A stretch of 64,000 nucleotides of DNA from Chrysemys picta bellii (lineage: Eukaryota): assembly GCF_011386835.1 (NCBI RefSeq), contig NC_088814.1:992001-1056000 (forward strand), in the 5' to 3' direction. The notes under the pieces were generated by a model. The model was not told where the DNA came from, ran no database searches, and saw only the letters and a program-made list of their open reading frames with translations. The translations under genes were made by a program, and so were the position numbers. This document shows, piece after piece, positions 57,345-64,000 of the stretch. Numbering within the stretch: the stretch's first letter is position 1; each line of letters begins with the position of its first letter.

Positions 57345-57570
57345 CAGACTGGGTCAGACCAAAGGTCCGTCTAGCCCAGTATCCTGTCTGCCGACCGTGG
57401 CCAATGCCAGGCGCCCCAGAGGGAATGAACAGAACAGGGAATCATCAAGTGATCCATCCCCTGTCGCCCATTCCCAGCTTCTGGCAAACAGGGGCTAGGG
57501 ACACCATCCCTGCCCAGCCTGGCTAACAGCCATTGATGGACCCATCCTCCAGGAACTTCTCTAGCTCTTG
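57345..57570 (-). mobile_element. CR1-type LINE 3' fragment
   Basis: gactgggtcagaccaaaggtccgtctagcccagtatcctgtctgccgac...; reverse complement of 18001-18168. Confidence 0.8.
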
Positions 57571-60167
57571 TCTCCATACCAAGCCAGGCTCTTATCCGAG
57601 CCAGTTTGCTGTGATTGGAATCTCAGCCCGGCATGATTGTGACCTTCAGCCCAGCCCAGCAGCAGGGCAGGAGTGGCTCCACGAGATCAGAGGCTTTCCC
57701 AGGGAGGCCGGGACCGTGTTCCCTGCTCGGAGCCGCACACACACAGCGCGTCCTGCGCTGGTGCCACTTGCGGGGCCGAAGAGGAGGCGTGGGGCCGTTC
57801 TTGCAAAGGTTGGGTAAGCCAAGCCCCAGCCCGGCCTCCCAGGCAGCTCATGACAAAAGCCCTAGCCAGCCGGTGCAGCCAGCCTGTCCCAGCCCCACAG
57901 CCGTTCATTGCTCCCGCCGCTCTGAGCCGCCGTCCCACACTGGTCAGGGATCGCAGAGCCCCATTCTTATCTTTGAGGGTCTAACCAGCCGTGCCCCAAG
58001 CCCCCGGAGGCCCTGCAAACACAATGATCTCTCCATTTCCTTCCAGCACCCCCCCCCCACTCGCCCACTCTCTGATCACCTGCACCGAGAACCTGTCCAC
58101 ACTTGGGAATTTACGAACGGAGCTATTCTGGAATAAGGGTGTCCACCCGAGTGCTCAGTCCAGAAGAGCTGTTGTGGTACATTTCCAAGCACAACCAACC
58201 CCTGAGATACCGGGGGGAGGGGGGAGCATTGGGACTCCCTGCCCTGCACAAGAGGGTTTGTCTCAGCCCAGGGTAGCACAAAGAGCTCCTCTCACACCAT
58301 GGAATTCCCCCAAAGGCTCCACGTGCAGGTTGGATCCTGTCCAGAGGCCCCTGGCACCACCACCAAAGCCAGGGCCACCCTTGCAGACTGCTGCAGTGCC
58401 GATGATTTTGGAATACAGGGGTGGCCTCTGGCTGGGAGTCACAATCCCTTTGTTTCCCTTTCAGCAGCTGTGTTTAGCTGCTTGCTCGGGCAGTGCCCGC
58501 TGTGAGTCCGTTCTCATTTAGATCTCTGCTGCTGGCAGAATACGGAGCTAGGATCTGATTTCTATGCAGAGCTCTCTCACAGGAGGAACAGATGTGCAGA
58601 TGGGATGACAAGTCACTAGGCACCAGCCAGGCTGGGGGCCTCAGGAACAGCTCGAACCTGTAGGATTGTTTGGTTTATGGGAGGGTTCGTGTGTGTGGCT
58701 CCAACCCCTTGCCCCTGCATGCGGCAGGTCTGCAATCTTACTCCTGTCCCCACTGAAGTCAAAGGCAGAAGCTCCCATTGACTTCGGTGCAGACTGGGGA
58801 GCCGCGAGGGCAGCACAGCACGGCACCATGGCAGCATTAATAGTGATGGGCCTAGTTCTCGCTCTCCGAGGCAGCGCGAACGTGCTAAGGGGCACAAACG
58901 TTCCCCCTGCTCAGCCATATCAAACTGGTCATAAGAAAAACAGGGCTTTGAAGCCAATAAAGATAAAGCAAACTATAAACAACAGGAGATTTTTGTTGGA
59001 GATACCGGAGCACAAATAATTCCTGTTTCCCTGGGAGAGCAACATGAGCTGATGCTAATCAGCGTTTGTTCTGCTGCTAAGGCAGCCCCAGCCCACCGGG
59101 CTGGAAACCCAACCCCAAAGCAAACTGAGTGTAGTGTTTCTGCAAGGAAAGGGGGGGATTATTACTCTGAGGGGGGCCAGGTTCCTCCAGGATAAAATCG
59201 TCCCGTCTGCTTGCTCAGCGCTGCCTGCTCAGGTTTCCCAGTCGGACTCTCTTCCTGGCAGATTACAAAACTTGAGACAGTTCCTGACTTCCCTCTGCGG
59301 GATCCAGGTGAGAAGGGCAGTTCTCGCTACCCAGCAACGGAATGGCTGACACCCTGCCCTAGTGCCCGGTTCTCTCACCTCCTAATTCAGGGGGAAATTC
59401 ACCCCTGAGCCGTGCCAGAACAAGGCCTTGGTACCCCCCGCCCCTCATCCCTTAAGTCCTGCTGCAGCCCTATGGGTTAGGTTTGGGGAAAGCTTAGCAC
59501 GTGTCAGGTGCATGTCGAGTGCTGAACATGGGCCACTGGGCTCTTGAAATACACAGAGCAGCGCAGCACAGGCCGGGAGTGATACTCAGTGCAAGATCCA
59601 GCTCCTGCCGGGCAGAGGCTGAAGTTAACAAGGAGCAGGATGAGGAGTATGGAGAGGAGGCGTCGGCCTATTCCCAATAGCTGCGCGGTGACTCTGGCCT
59701 GACATGAGAAGGGTGGGGGTGGGGGTGAGCGGATTTGATGTGCGATTCCTTTTCCTGGCGTAATTACTGTGTGTGTCGGATGCTCCCGATACCCCATCCC
59801 CAGGCACGAGGGCAACGTGCAGTATAGAAGCTTAGGAACAAAAACCTATCAGGAAAAGAATCCCTGACACAGCAGCCCGGCCAACCCTTCCGCTCCTCCC
59901 ACACAAGCCAAAGGAAACAGATGGGCCCTTGACCATGCCCGAAAGATCAACACACTGGGCTCTGTCAGCCCCCTGGAGGAAGTGCACTCCAGAGCCAAGC
60001 CTGGCAACCACCAGACCAACCTGCATCCAGCCCCCAGATGCTGGATTCTGGGGGCTGTTCGCTCCTGGCTGATCCAGCTCCTAGTCAGAGGAGTCTCTCA
60101 GCTAGCCAGCACACAAGCCACATCGGGCTTTGTTGAGGAAAGGCAGCCCCTGGAAGCCAAGAGGAAG

Positions 60168-60278
60168 TAGGGTGACCAGACACCAAGTGTGACGAATTGG
60201 GGGTAGTAGGAGCCTATATAAGAAAAAGACCCAAAAACCGGGACTGTGCCTATAAAATCGGGACATCTGGTCACCCTA
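60168..60278. mobile_element. hAT-type MITE (111 bp), same family as 55658-55760, opposite orientation
   Basis: TIR tagggtgaccaga; perfect 8-bp TSD AGAGGAAG. Confidence 0.92.
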
Positions 60279-60408
60279 AGAGGAAGCCAGGAACAAGTTG
60301 GTGCAATGTGCCCTCTAATGCTACCAACCAGAAGGGCAGCACACATGAGAAAAACGAGATGAGCTCCGTCCTCCACAGGGGCCAGAGCGAACTCTAACAA
60401 AGGTACAG

Positions 60409-60636
60409 TGTTATAGAGGGCGAACAATTTATGAGTTTGCCCTGCATAAACTTTATGCAGGGTAAAACGGATTTATCTGGGTTTAGACCCCATTGGGAGT
60501 TGGGCATCTGAGTGCTAAAGACAAGCGCACTACTGCGAGCTGTTTTCAGGTAAACTTGCAGCTTTGGGACAAGTGAATGTCCCAAAGGTGCATGTTGTCA
60601 CTGGAGTCAATCCAAGCATTTGGTGTTACCATAACA
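60409..60636. mobile_element. Truncated LTR-like fragment
   Basis: tgttata...cataaca ends; internal gtaaaacggatttatctgggtttagaccccattgggagttgggcatctgagtg resembles a turtle LTR from memory; no TSD. Confidence 0.35.
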
Positions 60637-61269
60637 TCATGAGATTGTCTGTCTCTCACACAGCCAGCAACCAGGAAAGGCTTGAAATCCCCTCTTTGTC
60701 TCAACGAGAGCTTGCTCTACAGGAATTAAAAACATGAGCAGAAAAACTTTGCGAGTCCTTCACCTGTGAATCTTCCAGGCAGGTAGTTGTCAGGCCCATA
60801 GAAACTGCCCCGCAGATTGGAAATAATTGACCGAAGTCACCCAAACCAGGGTTTCTAAAATCTAAACTATATTTCCTACCGCTCCCATTAGTTCCAAAAA
60901 GCCTGTCCTCTGCATGGCTTGAGGCTGGACATACCCTGTTACATCCCCAATGACTAGCTTCAAAGCATGCTAGAGCTGCAAAGTCAAGCCCTGGAAAAAA
61001 TAATACGCGATCATGTCATTAAAGGCTGTAACAGGAATTACAATGCACATGGGGCCGAGATACGATTGCACAAGCAATCTTGAATTCTGGCATTTCCCAA
61101 TGGGTGAGGGCTTGGCTTTGCCAGCGTAACATTCTGCTAACGTACTATTTGTATGTAATTTGCAAATGAAAATAATAATAATAATAATAAAAAAAACAGA
61201 AATTTCATCACGTGGAACCTAACTGACCCCATGTGGGTCATCAGCAAGGTTGAGACTTTGAGATGGGTT

Positions 61270-61680
61270 AGAGCAGGGAGCCAAGACTCCTGGGTTCTAT
61301 CCTCCAGTGGGGGGATGGGGGCTGTGAGCCAGGACTCCTGGGTTCTGTTCCCCAGTGGGGGGATGGGGGCTGTGAGCTAGGACCCCAGTTGGGGGGTGGG
61401 TGGGAGCCAGGACTCCTGGGTTCAATCCCCCAGTGGGGGGATGGGGGCTGTGAGCCAGGACTCCTGGGTTCTGTTCCCCAGTGGGTGGATGGGGGCTGTG
61501 AGCTAGGACTCCTGGGTTCTTTCCGCCAGTGGGAGTGGGGTGGGAGCCAGGACTCCTGGGTTCTGTTCCCCAGTGGGGGGATGGGGGCTGTGAGCTAGGA
61601 CCCCAGTGGGGGTGGGGTGGGAGCCAGGACTCCTGGGTTCTTTCCCCCGCTGGGGGTGTCTAGTGGGTTAGAGCAGGGGG
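61270..61680. repeat. Minisatellite related, in reverse complement, to 50400-50960
   Basis: Repeated gggagccaggactcctgggttct followed by cccagtggggggatgggggctgtgagc. Confidence 0.9.
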
Positions 61681-61839
61681 CGGGGAGACACTGAGGTCAG
61701 GACACTCTGGGGATTGTTTCTAGTGTGTGTCATGGGTCCTGCCCGCAGTGGTACAGCCCATGCTCCCCTCCCGATCCTAGTGGTACGATCCCTTCCCCCC
61801 TCCCCTCGCTTGGTACAGCCCAAGGCGCTGAGAAGAGGA

Positions 61840-62090
61840 TGTTCGCTGCAGGGGGCGGAGTCTCTTTACGTGGGCGGGACCCTGGGTTGCGGCGGACTTG
61901 TGGGCGGAGTCTTAGGAAGTGGGCAGGGCTTTGAGCACGGATACGGCTCTGAGGGGAGGAGCCTCCTGGGAGGGGGCAGGGCATGTGAGCGGCGAGGGCG
62001 GGGCGAACTGGTTGGCGCAGGCGCAGAGCACGCGGGGGGGGGGGTGCTGCGGCCTCCAGGTCACCTGAGCGCGATGGATGAGGCGTGAGT
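61840..62090 (+). promoter_or_regulatory. CpG promoter and first exon of a plus-strand gene, probably EZH1 by synteny
   Basis: At least four GGGCGG boxes (about 61852, 61870, 61901, 61997), NRF1-like gcgcaggcgca near 62016, consensus donor GTGAGT at 62085. EZH1 is divergent from RAMP2 in the human block, but no EZH1 coding sequence is visible here. Confidence 0.55.
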
Positions 62091-62099
62091 AACGGGGCC

Positions 62100-62705
62100 G
62101 GGGGGCTCTGGGGCTGGTCCGCTCCCGGGGGGAGGGGCGTGGGCCGGGGGGGGGCTCTGGGGCTGGCGGGGGGCTCTGGGGCTGGCCCCCTCCTGGGCCG
62201 GGGGGGCTCTGGGGCTGGGCCCCTCTGGGGGTAGGGGCGTGGGCCGGGGGGGCTGTGGGGCTGGCCCGCTCCCGGGGGGAGGGGCGTGGGCCGGGGGTTG
62301 CTCTGGGGCTGGGCCCCTCTGGGGGGAGGGGCGTGGGCCGGGGGTTGCTCTGGGGCTGGGCCCCTCTGGGGGGAGGGGCGTGGGCCGGGGGTTGCTATGG
62401 GGCTGGGCCCCTCTGGGGGGAGGGGCGTGGGCCGGGGGTTGCTCTGGGGCTGGGCCCCTCTGGGGGGAGGGGCGTGGGCCGGGGGTTGCTATGGGGCTGG
62501 GCCCCTCTGGGGGGAGGGGCGTGGGCCGGGGGTTGCTCTGGGGCTGGGCCCCTCCTGGGGGGAGGGGCGTGGGCCGGGGGTTGCTCTGGGGCTGGCCCGC
62601 TCCTGGGGGGAGGGGCGTGGGCCGGGGGTTGCTCTGGGGCTGGGCCCCTCCTGAGGGGAGGGGCGTGGGCCGGGGGGGCTCTCGGGCTGGGCCCCTCTGG
62701 GGGGA
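62100..62705. repeat. 47-bp G-rich minisatellite (about 12 copies) at the start of the putative EZH1 intron 1
   Basis: Unit ggggggaggggcgtgggccgggggttgctctggggctgggcccctct. Confidence 0.95.
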
Positions 62706-63731
62706 GGGGTGCTCTGTGTTGGGGTCTCCTGCGGTGTGGGAAGCAGGTATATGGGCTGACCACCCTGTGGGAGAGGGGGCTGGGGGGCCTCTGGCTATGG
62801 GGAGCACTGGGACAGGCAGGTCTGGCTGGGGTATGGGGAGTATGTGGGGTGGGGTGGATTGGTTTGGGGTTCATCTGTGGGGTTTGTTTAAGGATGTCTG
62901 GGATTGGGGTGCTGGAATAGGGGGGGTATTGGGGAGTTGGTGAGCTGGGGGTCAGATTACTGCGTGCCATCGTTTTGCCTCCAGCTAACGGGGCGGCACC
63001 ATCACACGTCCTATTTCCTTTATTTGCAATCTGTAACTAAAACGTGTGTCTGAGCACTAGGTGTTTGTTCTGCTTTTGACATTGTTCCTTCGCTCCCTGA
63101 CTTACTGGGGCTAGAACATGGGCTGAAGCCGAATGATGCTCCCCTCTGTCCCAGACGCACGTAACACCCCACTGTGCTTGTGGCTGACGCTGCTGCTGAC
63201 TCTAATTACAGTTAAATGCCCCTTTGAACATGTTTTTCTCAGCCTAACTCTGTGGTTTGTGCCGTGGAGGTTATTTTAACCCCATCACCCACAGGAGGCT
63301 TATTCCAGGCAGTAGGGAAAGCTGCCCAGGGTGCTTCTGAGGGGGTCTGGCAGTACCTCTTGTAAAAGAGACGTTTGAATGCTGGGGAACTATCACTTTG
63401 AAACTGTACCCCAAGGGGAATCAGACCGTTAAATCCCAGCCGATGACAGGAAAACAAAAGTATAATCCTGAAAACCTTCTTGTATGTCTCAGAATCCTAA
63501 TTGTCCAAAGACTTCCATACTGTTATGGTCTGCTTGGAAGTGAGGGGATCAGATCCCTACCTATGTCTCCAGGCTCTTGGGTGAACTGGAACAACAATAA
63601 TGCAAACAAGAGTTAAATGATGAACCGGAATGGACTGTAACTCCCTGCAAAGGCTAACCTGACTCCCTGGGACAATCAGGCGTGCACCTATAGTTTGCGT
63701 GAGATCAGACCCTCGTATAGTGTTGCTGCAT

Positions 63732-63773
63732 TGTGTGTGTGTGTGTTAGAGAGAGAAACACACACACACACAC
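63732..63773. repeat. Compound (TG)n-(AG)n-(CA)n microsatellite
   Basis: tgtgtgtgtgtgtgtt agagagaga aacacacacacacacac. Confidence 0.9.
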
Positions 63774-64000
63774 CTCTTCCTCCATTGTCACATGCATGTT
63801 GTGATCGTGTCTCCCACCCCTAAGACTAGGTCCAGAGGAAATGTGCGTGGTTGGCACTGGGTGAACTTTAAGGAGGTTTAACCCTGCAGAAGTATGTTTT
63901 GTAACCCTGCAGTCCCTGGGGACAGCCCCGGAGCCGCCTCTTGGTGTGTGCGATTGGCTCTTAGTTTTGATTTTTTTGCTGCCTCAGAGAATGTTTGGCA

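Noticed and set aside
60440-60462. 11-bp palindrome ccctgcataaa-c-tttatgcaggg as a functional hairpin
   Set aside because: It is short, lies inside a decayed LTR-like fragment and has no other support.
62061-62970. Collagen-like or Gly-rich ORFs
   Set aside because: Products of the 47-bp minisatellite.

Overview
GC-rich vertebrate DNA. The repeat content (tortoise-type tRNA/CR1 SINEs, CR1 3' ends, hAT elements, G-rich minisatellites) points to a turtle microchromosome; this is inferred and the species is not determined. The window corresponds to the human EZH1-RAMP2-VPS25-WNK4 block. On the minus strand I can reconstruct WNK4 coding exon 1, the complete six-exon VPS25 (175 aa), a complete four-exon RAMP2 (182 aa), and a second, complete RAMP-family gene in tandem upstream of RAMP2. 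This paralogue has 5-6 exons and 206-228 aa, a six-cysteine RAMP1/3-type ectodomain, acidic Tyr-rich micro-exons and a 42-aa tail; it is a RAMP5-like candidate with no counterpart at the human locus. At the right end, a CpG promoter and a first exon on the plus strand are probably EZH1 (synteny only). Upstream of WNK4, a decayed hAT transposon hosts a very young 4.1-kb Gmr1-like Ty3/Gypsy element. It has apparently identical 473-bp LTRs, a 5-bp TSD, a tRNA-Leu PBS and a PPT, and one open gag(SCAN, CCHC)-protease-partial integrase ORF with no RT or RNase H. Other elements are a solo LTR, a fold-back hAT, several MITEs and SINEs, and many minisatellites. All calls were read by eye; no database search was run.
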